In this document: one piece after another, positions 30,356-44,215 of the stretch
Position numbering within the stretch: position 1 is the stretch's first letter
How the letters are laid out: every line of letters begins with the position of its first letter
NCBI GenBank assembly: GCA_036172245.1
Contig: JAYWIR010000026.1
Span: forward strand, 682,001 to 746,000
DNA: 64,000 bases
Reading direction: 5' to 3'
Origin: Raillietiella orientalis
Taxonomy: Eukaryota
Made by a program: the position numbers and the translations under genes
Notes under the pieces: generated by a model
The model's database searches: none
What the model was told of the DNA's origin: nothing
Seen by the model: only the letters and a program-made list of their open reading frames with translations

Positions 30356-30479
30356 TTTCTTTTTTTTTGTGTGGGGGGGAGGAAGGTAGGAAGGAAGGGG
30401 GGCTAACAGTTTTTTACGTTCCAAGAGAAAACCGCGGTACAAATAAATAAAGTGCCATACAGTTCACATTTTCATATCT

Positions 30480-30680
30480 TTCGTTCAAAGTAAGCATCCC
30501 TTTTGTCAAACGATACAGCATCAATCACTCGATTGCTTCCGCACGCTGCGCTCGCACATCACGGCGCGCGCGTTTCCTCCGGAGATAAGCGAAGGCATTC
30601 GCGAGCGCCCTTTCCCGCCTTACGCAATGTTCACAACTCATTGCACGCACTCCCGAAACACTTTACGTTTATTGCACAGA
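30480..30680 (-). promoter_or_regulatory. CpG-rich patch upstream of KAT5 (probable promoter)
   Basis: Local CG-rich island (gcgctcgc...cggcgcgcgcg...cgcgagcgcc) in otherwise AT-rich, CpG-poor DNA, 130-330 bp upstream of the KAT5 ATG. Confidence 0.5.
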
Positions 30681-33600
30681 TGACATAGATAAAGTTGCTA
30701 TCCACAGATAAAAATGCCCTATTAATAACAAATAACAGGTGTGTTGTATTATCAGGGACTGATATGATTTTGCGAATTAGTACAATTTCTAGTGTTTTCC
30801 CATTTCTGCGCAGAAACGTTTCTGAATGCATCTTCCCAGTGTTTTCTCCACAGGTTTACTCTAAAATGAATGACTACTTTAAGCTGTGTCATAATTCACC
30901 TGATCCCATTTTTTTTTTTCTCTATGTCACCTCACTTTTGCGATTCCCTAGCTTTACTTCAGCCACTGGTATATTTTCCCTCTTGTCTTTTAAGTTATAC
31001 CTTCTTCCTAAAATTTGCCTTTTTAAATGATTTTTGTACTCATCCCACAGTCATACATTTTATTATTTCTGGTGCATGGGATCAAGAAGCTGTTTTACTA
31101 AATTTCATTTTTCACTATTATTTCAACTACGCATCAGAAAATATTTGTAACTATCTGTGATTGCAGAAACATGATCATTTTCAATGGAGCATTTGTTTAT
31201 TTGAAGTGGCCAGCTTCAACCTCGAGAAATAATGTGCAAGAAAACTTCCAGTCTGAGTCTCGAAACTTAGTAGTATTTCGAGATAGGTGTGGAGTTCTAG
31301 AATTATAACACATATAATAACGGTTTCCTCGCAATGCCTTCAATATCCTCTCATAGATTGATATCTCATGCAGGGTTTGTTATCTTACAGAGAAATCAAT
31401 GACTTTTCTTTCCTTTGCATAGTAAGCATTTTGCTTAACGCCAATCATTCTTTCAAACTAAATAAATCTTGCTCGTCTTTACGGACACGTCATTTTGCTA
31501 GTTCCTTTAAATAGAAACCTCCATCTCAAATTCCTTTTTAAAACCTCTGCTTTCATTTTAAAGCCGTTGAAATATTCAGACGTCATCAGTTATCTTCCCC
31601 TAGGTGCACACTATCAATGAAGTACCTTACTCTCAATTGTGAAAGGGAAAAAAAACTCTGGCATTATTACAGCTTCCTAGATTATTCTAGTATTTTCATT
31701 TATACTGAAAACTAAATAATAAAAGTGACTCTCATCTTCTAAGTGATAAAAGCAAATGTTCATAAGATGTCCAGGAGATGAAATGATTCACTATTTCGAG
31801 TTTTTTTCTCAAGCTTCCATCCAAGGTATGTTCCCGGAAGCGTATCTCCGGAATCAGTTTGCCATGCAGCTAATTAATTCCTGTTGAGAAACTTTATTGA
31901 TACTCAAACGGCTTATATTAAGGAAAAGTTATGGTGTGGTTGCATTCTTCATGTAATCATCAAACATTTGGAACCACATTCCGTTTTCTCTCACCTCAAA
32001 ATTCAGTTGGGATTTAAGAATGGCATAATTCTAAGCTTTAAGCTCATCTTCCAGTATTCTGGAAAACATTGAAAATAATCTCATGAAAACTTTTCTTTTG
32101 AATACTACATCCCTTCCTGCATTGCCATAATAAAATAGATGAAATGAAATGCGCGAAAGCTGTTCTTAAACAATAATTCGATGAACATAGAAAAAGAGAA
32201 AATCATTTTTAGGGATCAGATATCAACACGGGAACGTTCCAATTAGTTAATGCTTTCGAAACAGCACTGTGGAGAATTGCACAGCTTTTTACATCCCTTA
32301 AGTTGCAACACCCTTCTAGTCCTAAATGCAACCCCTAAATCGCACCGAATAATCGTTTTGTCTTCTCTGGTGTAGGATACATTAATATTCAAGTAAATCA
32401 TTTGAATCACTTAGCATGCTTGAAGATTATTTTTTTTCTAATATATATTTCCCTCAAATGACAATTTTGATAGTTCATGGGTAGCTCGAATTGAAAAAGT
32501 ATGAAAAAATGAGAGAAAAATCATGAAATTCTTGAATCGTCTAAAAGGAATTTGAATAGACATTTACGAGTATTCTTACATACTTCCTTTTATCTTGAGC
32601 TTCTCTCTCGAGGACATGAACTTTCCGGTGAGAGACTGTGCTGCACAACATGATTAGAAAACATGGAAATTTTTACTTGCGTTAGCAAAACTTTTTGAAA
32701 TGGGTTTTCAATCATGCGATGTTTGCAGCATGCTGGTTTTCGTCTTGTTTTTCACAGTAAATGATGGGGGAGTGACAGTTCACGATTCCCACATTTTTCG
32801 AATCCCTCCTGAAGGCTCGCTAAGAGTTCTTCATTCTGGTCCCAGACCTAAGATGTGCCCTTGCTAAATGCCCACGCTATACTGGATCTGGGCTCCCGCC
32901 ATCCTCTTCATGGTTTCTGTTTGTGTTGAGAGATCCCAAGTTCTCTGGGTAGATCGTCCGTCAAAGTCCCACCGTTCTTAGGATCAGCATTGTTTCTCAT
33001 GTTTCTTGGTGGCACCACGATGAAAAGTTCTTGCATGCTCACCCTTTGTTACTTGCATTGATCTTGCTGAGCAAGGTATAGGAATTGATTTCTATTACTA
33101 GTTGCCAAGACAAGCGACGTTTTACCAAGTGGATTTGAATCATAATTCAAGGAAAAATTTTACATTGCTCCTTGTCATCGTTCTTTAACACACAAAGGTA
33201 TCACTACGATATCAATCCTGTATGATCCTATAGCAGAAGAAACGGACCAAATGAGGCTTTGCAAAGGAAAGGATTCCTCTGATTTGGAGATGCAGAATAT
33301 TGTGCAGAAATGAGTCTGAGATCATATCAGAATAAATAGAAAGATAGAATGTCTACAGGTGCGAAATGTGATACGTAGTGTCACAACCTAGAGCTGAACC
33401 CCAAATGAGAAATTCATAAATGCATTTCTATAAAGGCAGGACCAAATTAAGCTCTTACAAGAGCCTTAGATTTGAAATCCAGAACTATGCAAATGACAGA
33501 ACACATCTGCTACATTTCCAAAATTTTATTTATAAAAGCCTAAGAAATCTTCCGAAACTGGATATTTGTTTGAAGTTATGTTTAGGAATTATAATTGGAA

Positions 33601-34589
33601 AAATGTTATAATGGCACGAGGATCCACAACTTTCTACTAGTACATTGGTGTCAAGCTTGACCTAGTATTCTTTAATATATCTTTGACACTATTGTACTCT
33701 TGGCTATTAGAAATTCTCAACCAAAAGTTAATTTATCCTCTAAAGCTGTAAACTGATTGCATGCAATCCAAGGAGCTCATCAATCAGGAGAATTGACTCA
33801 GTTAAATATAAAGTGAAGTTCTAAAGTCTCTCCGCAAATTATTATCCCAAAGAAGAAAAGGTACTGGGAAATTTATGCAAATAAGATAAGTTACAAATCT
33901 CAGAAAGAAGTGTTGAATTGAGACAGAGCTATTCATAAAAAATTTGAATGCAGCTTAGCATTCTAATACTCATTGTGTTCATAAGAAAGCTTGAGAAACT
34001 GAGATTTTTTTTATTTAGTTATTTTTCGAGGTAATTCACAACATACTTATAAGTGAAGAATTTGTATATTTTGTTTTTTATTGAAAATCATTATAAAGAC
34101 GAATTTGATTTTACGAGTATAGTAATGTACTGAATAGAGAAAGAAGGGAAATAATCCGGCGGAATGATAACTCTCTGCTTGTCGATTGTACGTCGATACT
34201 GTAGAAAGAGGGAATTCTGAATCTCAAGGATCCATACTTTCTGTTTCATATCTCGCCATGTAAAATGTAAAGGAAAGCTTATATTATTTATAAGCTGGAG
34301 AAAGGAAACGCACTTTCTGTTTGTTTATGTTTTTCTGGTAGCAGGAATTTCCGGCTTATAGAAGAGCTGCTTTTTGTATTGAAATGCAGATAATGTTCTT
34401 TGTTAAGTTACCAGATCAGTTTGAAGGAAAATGCATGAAATTTTGCTAAAGTATCCGTGGAAGGAGCCACACCACTGACAATCTCTTCTCACAGACTCAT
34501 TCTAAGATATCATGCAATATTTTACGCTTTTGCATGAAACTATAGGCATTCCACGTTATAATATCCACGTGCATTTACTGAAACCAATT

Positions 34590-35155
34590 GGTTTGGTACT
34601 CCTTCGGGTACCCGCTCGCGTACCCCAAATTACAAAGCATTCGATTTTTCATTTTTCATCCTGTGTGAATTGGCTACGTGTCGTACGTGTTTTTGTGTAC
34701 TGAAATGGAGACGTGACCCACGAAAGTTTTTTGAAGTAGTTTTCCGTGTTTTTAATTGCCCGTTTAATCCTTGGTGAGGTCTGGTGTTCTCATTTAGCGC
34801 TCGATGCGCACAATCGGCATTTCCGGTTGCTTTATGCGCGACATGATGCACTTTGAAGTGTTTATGGCAGTTGCAGTTTGTGGCGTGCGTGGTCTCCGCT
34901 CGACTGACGCGGGATTATTTACCATTTGTGCTTGAAACGGAATTGAGTGGTAGCTGCGTCTTAGTCAAATTGCTTGAAGACTCCATAAACAGTGTAGCAT
35001 CAGACTTCAGCTTTTGCTAGTATGAATTGATTTTGTTTTAATGATTGCTGTGCTTTCGTATTGTGCGTGTGGTTAAAGATGGGTTTGGGTATGTCAGAAG
35101 TCGATCTGCTCGTCTTGAAAGCGTCGTGACCGAGGAGCTCTCGCTTGAAGAGGGA
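34590..35155 (+). promoter_or_regulatory. Probable PRP39 promoter and non-coding first exon (donor at 35156, acceptor at ~35584)
   Basis: CpG-rich patch followed by GGA|GTAAGG, with TTTTAAAG| just upstream of ATG 35612. Confidence 0.45.
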
Positions 35156-35611
35156 GTAAGGAATTCACATAATCGTCTTAATTGTAATTGTGGGTTCCAC
35201 CAAGTAATTCTTTTCAAGTAACCGTGCGTTTGGTTCATCAATCCTCGTTCGCTCTCCGGACAGTTCCTTGTGAATTTGTATAGTGTAATATGTGTTGATG
35301 CTTGAACGTGGGAGAGGAATCGATAGAGGGTGGTTGTACAAAATTTCGTTTAGTTTTTGTTTAAATTTTGTTGATTTAATAATACGTCACGCCATGTATG
35401 ATACCTGTGTGTAAATCACATGTGGTTTTTCCGTTCAACTACGACATGCTTCCGTAATGCCCAAAGTAAAAATGTGTTTTGACAGCATTGTAATGCTATG
35501 AATGTTACCAATTATATTCGTATTAGTAACCAGAAAATGCATTCATTGGGTTCTGCATATGATGATACACTTTTATTTTTAAAGGTTTACAGACCCTCTT
35601 TTTAATTCTCA

Positions 35612-38600
35612 ATGCCTAGAAGTTCACGTAGTAGAACAAGCACATCTCCAAGGAAAGGAACTAGGAAAAATCCTAGAAATCCTTCTCCGTGTGAGGATGA
35701 AAATCATGAATTAGAACCTTCGGAAAGTGGTCAAGTGGAACCTGTTTCTGACCAAGATAGTGAGTTTTTTGTTTATGCAATTACTATAAAGGGATAAAAT
35801 TATTATGTTCACTCATAAAAATAGTAGTAAGATGTTGATTCTTTTATTGACAGTGTTGCAAGGATGACTCATCCATATGACCAGGATCCTCACATAGAAA
35901 CTAATCCCAGGGATTAAAGTATTAGATTTGCCTTTGAGCAAAGTCTGTGTGGAAATGAGTGGTTGAAGAGATGGTTTTCCCACTTAGTTGCTGCTTCAGT
36001 TATTTGAATGAGTGAACCTAATAATTTTATTTCCAATTTGCTAGCACATTGAGACCAAGATAATTTCCTGCAAGACTTGAGAGATGGACTTGGAGACTCA
36101 ACTTGGAAAAACTTGGAAAATGTGGAAACCACTAACCTTAATTGCTAATATTGATGATACAATTGTAGGAAATAGCAACTGCACATCTGCATTGCCCAGA
36201 GCTTCCCGTAGTAAAACAAGTGCATCACCAAGAAAAGGTGTAAGAAAAAGTCCTAGGAATCCTTCTCCATGTGGTGAAGAAGAGAATCATGAAATTGATT
36301 CTTCAGAAGGTGGTCAGGTGCAAACTTCTGTTTCCGACCATGAAAGTAAGTTGCTATCTTTGCAGTGATTTCAGAGTGTAAACGTTATCAGGTTCTGTAG
36401 GCAATGAAGCCAATAGTTTTGCTTCTGATTTGCTGGCACAGGGAGATGGAGTCAAACATTTGGAAGACTTAGGCAAAAAGAAGAAAACTCCAGAACTGGA
36501 GAAAGCTTGGGAGCCTGTTCAAGAAGATTCGACTGATTTCACTGGTTGGACCTTTTTGCTTCAGTATGTCGATCAGGAGGTGAGCAGCATTATGCTGAAA
36601 TTTGGCAGTTTTTCTTTTTCTGTTTTTTATTCTTTTGCACAAAATTTTTCTTTTATTGTAGGATGATGTGGAATCAGCAGAAGAAGCTTATGATGCATTT
36701 TTAGCTCACTATCCTTACTGTTATGGGTATTGGAAAAAATTTGCTGATTACGAGAAGCGTCGTGGACTTCTGGATTCATGCGATAGAGTGAGTGTTACAT
36801 TGATTTACCTTTACCCATCACATGCCACCCCTTATTTCTGTCGCAAATGCGCATTAATTAGGATTCCAAAGTAGAGCTTTTGCAAGGTTAGGTTAGGCCT
36901 GAAAGTGAGTAAGCAAATGGAAGGTAAGCCTGCGTTTTCACCCAGTGTGCTTTAATCCAACGGGTGTTCTGTGTTCTTCCCATGCAGGCTGGGGGCATTA
37001 GGACCCCCCTGTCCAGGGTTATCAGCACCAGGTGCCAGCTGTGAAGGAGGGTAGTGTACCGGGTGTGCCCTCTGGACTAAGTTGTTCTTAGCATTCAATT
37101 GGCTGGTACTGATATACTGTATTTGTAGGTATTTGAACGTGGTTTGAAAGCAGTGCCCCTCAGTGTGGATTTATGGGTGCACTTTCTCAACTATTATATG
37201 AGTCGAGTAACAGGACAACCTGGAGCAGAAGACCACATACGCTATCAGTTTGAAAGAGCTATTGGCATCTGTGGCTTGGAATTTAGGCATGATATATCTT
37301 TTGGTGTAATTAGGTATATTGAAATGTTTTCAGATCCAGTAAACTGTGGGAATTTTACATTCGATGGGAGAATGAGTTCCATAACTTGCAGAATGTGATG
37401 TCTTTATATGACCGACTGCTTGCCATTCCTACTCAAGCTTACAACACACATTTTGAGAAGTATGTTTGTCATAGTTGATTGGTCCATACTGTGCATCCTT
37501 TTAGTTTTCAGCAGTTTGTGAATTCACATAGCCCCAAAGATATTTTGACACTAGAAGATTTTATTGCACTCCGTAAGGAATTAGGACACAAACCTACAGA
37601 TCCTAGCACAGCAGAAGAAACAAATGAACCAGAGTCTGAGGTGCCACCTGGCATGGAAAGTGAACAGAATGCTGTTGTGGTATGTGATTGGACCATCTTT
37701 TGTGATTGATTTCTTCCTGTTACATAGATCTCTGAAGAAGAGGTGAAGGCTATGAGAGATCGTATTATTGATTTGAGACGCAAAGTTCATCATGCCAATG
37801 AAATCGAAGTTAGCAAGCGCTGGAACTTCGAAGATGGAGTAAGTAGCATGTTTGTACATGTTTTTGGAGACTCTTTGTGCCCCTTTAGATTAAACGACCA
37901 TATTTTCATGTTAAACCTTTAGAAAAAGGACAGTTGAAGAACTGGCAAGACTACTTGGAATGGGAGATTATGCAGGGCCAAGAGCAGCGCATTTTAATTT
38001 TGTTCGAGCGTTGCCTCATTGCATGTGCTCTCTATGAAGACTTCTGGATGATGGTACTGCACAGAAGTAACTGCTGATTGCTAAACTGTTGTGTAGTATG
38101 TTAGGTACTTAGAAACACGTGGGCAAATGTATGCAGGATTGTTAGGGGACGTATTAGAACGAGCTTGTAAGATTCATCTTCCAAAAAAACCAAATATCCA
38201 TTTGAAATGGGCTGCTTATGAAGAAAGCAAAGGAAACCCTGCACGAGCAGCTGACATACTGCTGCGTTTAGAAAAAAATGTCCCTGGTTTGCTACAGGTC
38301 ATGTATCGACGTATCAATCTAGAACGCCGCAGGGGTAGACTCTTGGAGGCTGAGCTGCTGTATCAACGTTACTTAGATCAGCTTGCAGCTAGTGGAGAAA
38401 AGGAATACATGGCTGCCAATTTGGCCATTAAGTATTCACGGTTTTGTGCTAAAGTGAGTTGCACTATATTATAATAGTCAACTATATCATTGTTAAGGTC
38501 TTGGGAGATCGTGTTAAAGCATTAGCTGTGTTACAAGAGGCAATGGAGAGGGAAAAGGTAAAGAATCACAGAGTTGGAACAAGCTATCAAACAAGTCTTC

Positions 38601-39101
38601 TGTTTTTAGGACAATCCACGTTTGTTCATGCAGCTTATTGATTTGGGTATGCAACAGGATCCTCCAGATTTGCAAGCCATAAGTGCTGCTTTTGATCGTG
38701 CTTTGTCCAGTGATCTAGACATAGACCAAAAACTTATCTTTAGTCAGCGTCGCGTTGAGTTTCATGAAGATTTTGGTGTGGATGTAAACCATGTGCAGCA
38801 GGCTATGGATGAACACCATAGACTGATCAAAGAAGCGCGTCAGAGTAACCGTAAACGGTCTGCAGAAGGTGATGCGTGGACAGATGCTAAAAAGGCAAAG
38901 GCTAGTCGTAACAGCAATGGCACTGCAGCTACTGGTCAATGGACACAAGCTGGATATGCACAAATGGCTCAACAATATTATCCCTATTCTCAGAGTTATG
39001 GTAGCTACACTGCAGCAGACTATTCATCGTGGGGTTATAATCGCAATTACAGTGGTTATAATTATGGAACAGGACAGTGGGGATCGTACGGTTATTTCTA
39101 A
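35612..39101 (+). CDS. PRPF39: Pre-mRNA-processing factor 39 (HAT-repeat U1 snRNP protein); exons 35612-35759, 36169-36345, 36401-36579, 36662-36787, 37129-37286, 37334-37459, 37505-37679, 37728-37838, 37889-38053, 38097-38453, 38498-38557, 38610-39101
   Basis: [93 protein letters not shown] and a Tyr/Gly-rich tail are PRPF39 hallmarks. Phases are consistent. AATAAA at ~39362. Confidence 0.96.
36862..36929 (+). promoter_or_regulatory. Candidate poison exon with clustered 5' splice-site motifs inside a PRP39 intron
   Basis: Acceptor TTAATTAG| at 36861. Donor-like motifs GTTAGG (36887), GTTAGG (36892), GTGAGT (36905), GTAAGC (36909), GTAAGC (36924). In-frame TAG at 36889-36891. Confidence 0.6.
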
Positions 39102-42100
39102 GTGTGGACCGCATAAATGGATTGTATACTGAAATAACTCATACTTGTAAAGTTCATCCTTTTGAAATATATCTTAATTGGTAAACATCGTAGAAACTGC
39201 TATTACTTTTGCAGCTCCTCACCATATTTGTTCCATTGCTTCACCTAAATGTTGGATTACGGTCAAAAAAAAAAATTGCGAAATTTGAATTTTGATTTGT
39301 GTAGCACTGAAAAGCTGTTTATGTAAATACTAATGTTGCTTCAGTTTCTTTGTTACGTGAAAATAAACTTGACCATGAAATTTTAGCTGTGCGTGATTTC
39401 ATTTATGTGCACTCTTTCTGGGCGTGATGCGGATCGGTGCATATGGGGTGAAACGGAGTCATCGTCTCGTGTCAGCATAACGCGGTGTAACGAACGTGTG
39501 CAGCTGTGTCGAGGCGGGTCACATCAACACACATGACGGGGGGAGGCACACGAGTGCTCCACGCAGTATAGGTTTTTCGGGTTCCAAGAGCTGAAAGGTT
39601 CCTTGGCAGCTGTGAACCTCGTCGCCCTCGCAGTGACGGTGGCCATCGAAGACGGATTTCCTTTTTGCTCCGGGCACAATCGGATGGCTTCTTTGGGGAA
39701 TCCCGGGTTCGGTTTGCTCTTTGGTCACAAGCGAGTTCAAAGTGCAGCAAGGAGTGCGGCGGAGTGCACTCCTTGTTGCCCGAAGGTGCGACTCCCACGT
39801 CTCGCGGATTTTTGCTTATAGGCGTGCCTGCTCATGCGTACGGATGCCAGTCCAGTCCCCCCCCCTCCCCCTCCTTTTTTTTTTTTTTTTTTTTCTTCCC
39901 CCTCTGAATTACCTTTGTGGAAGCTGCCGGAGCAAGGAATCGATCCAGGAGACGATTCTGAAGTCCGATGAAACGCGCCTGATTCGAATCGTTTCCGTGT
40001 TCTCGACTCCCAGATGAAGGAGGAGGTGTGGAGTGACCGGACGACCAGAAGGAAAAGAGACGAAAGTGCTCGCGGGTCGCGCCGTGCAAAAGACCTCGGT
40101 GTTGACTTTCTGGACGAATGGCGCGGCGAGACCCAAGCGGACCGAACGTTTTTCCTCCGTAGCAGATCCTTCGAGAATGTCAATATCGGATGCCCCTTCG
40201 ATATGCTCACGGATGGAGATTTCGCTGCAGCTCATGGAAACGGATTCCATTTTTGATTTCGTCAATACTCTTCTTGGACATCACTCGCGTCCAAAGTTGA
40301 CTCAGAGGTTACCACTTGCTCTTCTGTTTCGAACAACGTGCATTTTTTAACTTCGTTTCCATAAGCGATGGTGCTTTAACCCTACAAGCAGCCTATTCAT
40401 CATGCTTGAACCGGAAGTCATCCTAAACTACATACTGCAATAATCCCCACGTGATTGTAAATTTGTTGCCACCATTCAGAATGCAGGCGATGATCCAGAA
40501 ACATTGTGAGAATATAAAACTAATATGAAACGAAACTCTGTGAGAATATAAAACTAGTCGACGGAACAATATTAGAAAATTAAAATGGAGCAATAGAAAC
40601 CGTAGAAGGATGAAACAGCAATAAGAAACGGAACCCAAACTAATTGCTTCAATACGTTTCCTCTGTGGAAAAAAAATAAGCTGTACTTTGAAAATGCAAG
40701 TTCTAAAATTACTTGAACGATAAAAAAAATTAAAAAACTTGCTTTCTTTTTTACTGCTTGTAAAAATGGATTCGAATACCATTTTTCTAAGGAAACGGAC
40801 TTCTCAACCTTTACATACGTTCCTATTTGAAGTAAAACAAAAAAAAAATCCAAACAGCTTCTTCACCTCCCTATTCTACGCGATTTTACAGCCCACTGCT
40901 TTTTCTTTCTAACAACAGGATAAAGTCAACAACTTTCAGATGTGATTTCAAGTTTGCCAATGTTTATTACGAAATCAATAATCGATTTAATTGAATAAGA
41001 AGTGCTTGATTTAATAGGAGAATTAGGTGTCTTACACGGATTTCAGTTTCTCAGTGTTCTGTGGTTACCATAATCAGTGAATGGCAGCCTGTTTTCCTAT
41101 TCCCTTGCCAGGGGAAATTTTATGAGCAGCGGACAAGATGAAAAAGATGCAAAAGTTTATTCCGCTCAGCATTAAGGATGTACAAATCTGCACTTCTGTT
41201 CAAATAGGATGATATTCTACAGTAAATTCCCTTCCAGTGTAAATTTTAAAAAATGGAAAGTTGTTTTCATAAGTATATGCCAAAACACGAAACGTCCGAT
41301 GCGAAATATCTTTTCGTATATTTCTTCCCAATTGTTTTTGCATCGAGATGTTTCTACTTTGTACACGGCACATCGAACACGGATGAAAAATTGCGTTTTC
41401 AGTTTTCGTTTTGAAATCCGTAGTGAAGTCTGAAGCTCTCTTCAAAATTGCTGATTCCAATCTTGAGTATTCTACAGACAATTCATGCTATGGCTGCATT
41501 TGCAAAACTGCTTGAAAAAAAAATTCAAATTCATTGATTTTCAACTCTGTACTTTATTACATAATCCATACCTATCAGGATTGCTATGCTTCTAAGAACC
41601 CCAAAGAGTTATTTAATTGCATTCATTGCTTCCTTTGCATTTTTGTCTCATGAATTTGTCTTTCGGTTTTTTCCTTACTTACGCCGCATAAATTAACCAT
41701 TTCATCTGCAGTCAGACAGCAAAAGTTACAAATTCGCTAGCAGCTGTGCTTTTTACTAATTCTTCTGCTGCTTCTTCCGTTTATAAGCATTCCTAATGTA
41801 GTAAGAATCTCAGCACCAAGTCACAGGAATGCTGCAATAATTCTGTTTCTGGCTTTCTATCCAAAGAGCCAAAACACCGTGGCTCGTATGCAGCACGGTA
41901 GGCCGTCATTCCAATTTGCCTAAAATCCTTTGCGGTACCGATATGCCGAAAGAGTGGACGGGCACTTTCTCATTTGAAGTTCCAGAAAAGAGGAGGAGAA
42001 AAGTGCTTTGCAAAAGGAGTAACTGCTCAAACATGCAAACAGATGCAGATGGATGCAAGCCCGGCAAAGAGGTAGCTTTCGACACATTTCTCCCAGGACT

Positions 42101-44215
42101 GCCGAATGCTCTTTGGTTTCCGTCGAAAACTCGGCTGAGCATTTCTCTCCGCTTGCCGATTCGTTTGCAAAACGCCATTCCCGTGAGCGGAATGTCTCAG
42201 AGAAACCGCTGGTGACGTGGGTGATGTATGCAACTCTATCGGTAAGCAATCAAAGAAAGATCCGAAGACAATCCGAAGAAAAATCCTCAAGTATCTTGAA
42301 ATGTAAATTGGTAGTAAGCGGTTTTTTATTTTTGAGTGCCTCTATTCGAGCTTGCTTTTCGTGATTATGATTATACAAGTTGCATACCACCTGTTCTTCA
42401 TAAACATAGGACATGGACAAAGCTTGGGCTTTGGCTTTTATATATGTCACCATAAAATATTTTCCAGTAATATTTTTCAACCACGGTTCTTCCGACAAAT
42501 TGTTTCGTTATAATTTTTTCCAGATAGAATGCTTCAGCTGCAACGACCCGTGTGTTCGGTCCAAGGAATCGGAAAGATTTTATAAAGAATGAAATAGATA
42601 TAGGAGAGGCAATAAATAGTTCCAGGCTTTAACAACTTTATATGCTTTCGTGGATACATTATGCTTCCCTCAGAAAAATGAAAGTAACGCTTTAGATTGC
42701 AACTAAGTTTATGGAGACAACATATGGATTTCGGGTAAATCAAACGTTTACTGGAGACGATCTCGACTTTAGAGACTTTATCGTACGCATAAGACAGTAA
42801 TCAATCATTCAAAAGGGATTCATCAAAGTCTGTGTTTTTTTTAAAACTTGTATTGTGAACAGTATCTAATGTTTTCTGAATATTACAGGAACACTGAAAG
42901 ATTTTTTCGTTGTTTATCTAAATAGAATTATAATTATATATGTTTCTGGAAAAAAAAATAGCAAGTTTTCATAAGGAAGAAGCTAAAGCTGAGACTGCTC
43001 GTATAGTTGAACGATCTGATAGTAAGTTTAGAGTTGATCGTAAGTTTTCCATCTGATCACTGAGTATTATTTGAAGGCGGAAATTTTTCTTCTTTTAAGG
43101 AATGTATATGAGTAGGCACAATAGGATAACATTCCTTGTTTCCAGATAGGTTTTCTCATTCTTTTAATGGAGGACCTCCTTGCATCCATTTGATAAATAT
43201 ACTTATTCCGTACGTTTTATTCGAAGATTATTTAATGCTATAATACCATGTTTACTGTTTCTCCAGGCCATATGGAATTTTATGAAGAAAACTTTATATC
43301 ATTTTATTTATTTTTACTTGAGATAAAGACAGGGATTTGATCACCTTACCTTCGACTGAGCTCTTTTAGTTATCCTTGTGGCTAATCTAAAGCTGTTGTG
43401 GTGACTAATTTTCATAAGAGGAATAATAATAACACGTAAAAGAATGCATCAATTTGGAAGAACCTAAATGCTTTAGACTACTTTTCGAAACTCATTTTCG
43501 TGTACATATGTCCGCATAGGAGATAGATAAGCCTGGTGCATGTTCATATCTGTTTTCTGAGGCAACAACAAGCCATAAGAAAAATCATGAAAACATGTAG
43601 ATTTTTGCCTTAATTACATGTAGTTCGAGTAATAGGGAGTACAATTTAAACGAGATACAAGTTTCCAAGAACAAATTGAGTTTATAATTAAAAAAAATAC
43701 ATATTTCTCATTTTTATGAGAAGGTACAACTCGTTCATGGTTACATGTGAAAAAAGAAAAATTCTGCGCTTATCTTTTTGATTTTCAACTCCAATTTAGA
43801 AGTATAAGAAATGGAACTAAATAGATTTTCTGTAGAAAGAAGTACCCTCTTTTGAGGATTGCAGGATGTGCATCGATACGCAGTCATGATCAGAAACAGT
43901 ATGAAAATAAATCGTGAAAGCCATGAAATACATATTTCACAGGAGTAAAACTCAAAATCAAAACCTAAATCATTAGAGACGCAATCCGACGAAATTTCTA
44001 CAAATCATTATTTAAACAGTTTAAAAATATCTGAAGTATCTAAAGTAGTTTGTAATACTGATAGGAAATGTTGCTTTCCGACGTGTAACGGGATGCCCAA
44101 GTGCTCTTTCACTTCTAAGCATGCTGTATTTATTGCTCAGTAGGGAGTTTGCAACACACATGCTACAGTAAAGGAATAAACGAAACTGTATCTCACAGTT
44201 ATTCATTTCGTTACA

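Noticed and set aside
39472..40265. GC-rich minus-strand ORFs convergent with PRP39 (ATG ~40250, donor ~39913)
   Set aside because: No recognisable homology and the downstream exon frame is ambiguous.
41943..42241. ORF ending TGG-TGA-C whose +1 frame could splice (donor 42242 to acceptor 44198) into the ODC uORF frame, suggesting an antizyme-like +1 frameshift; it also contains PEKRRRK resembling the AZIN1 uCC start
   Set aside because: No antizyme homology, the shift-site codon is not a known one, the splice is unproven, and many upstream ATGs would make a poor ODC leader. Likely coincidence unless cDNA shows this junction.
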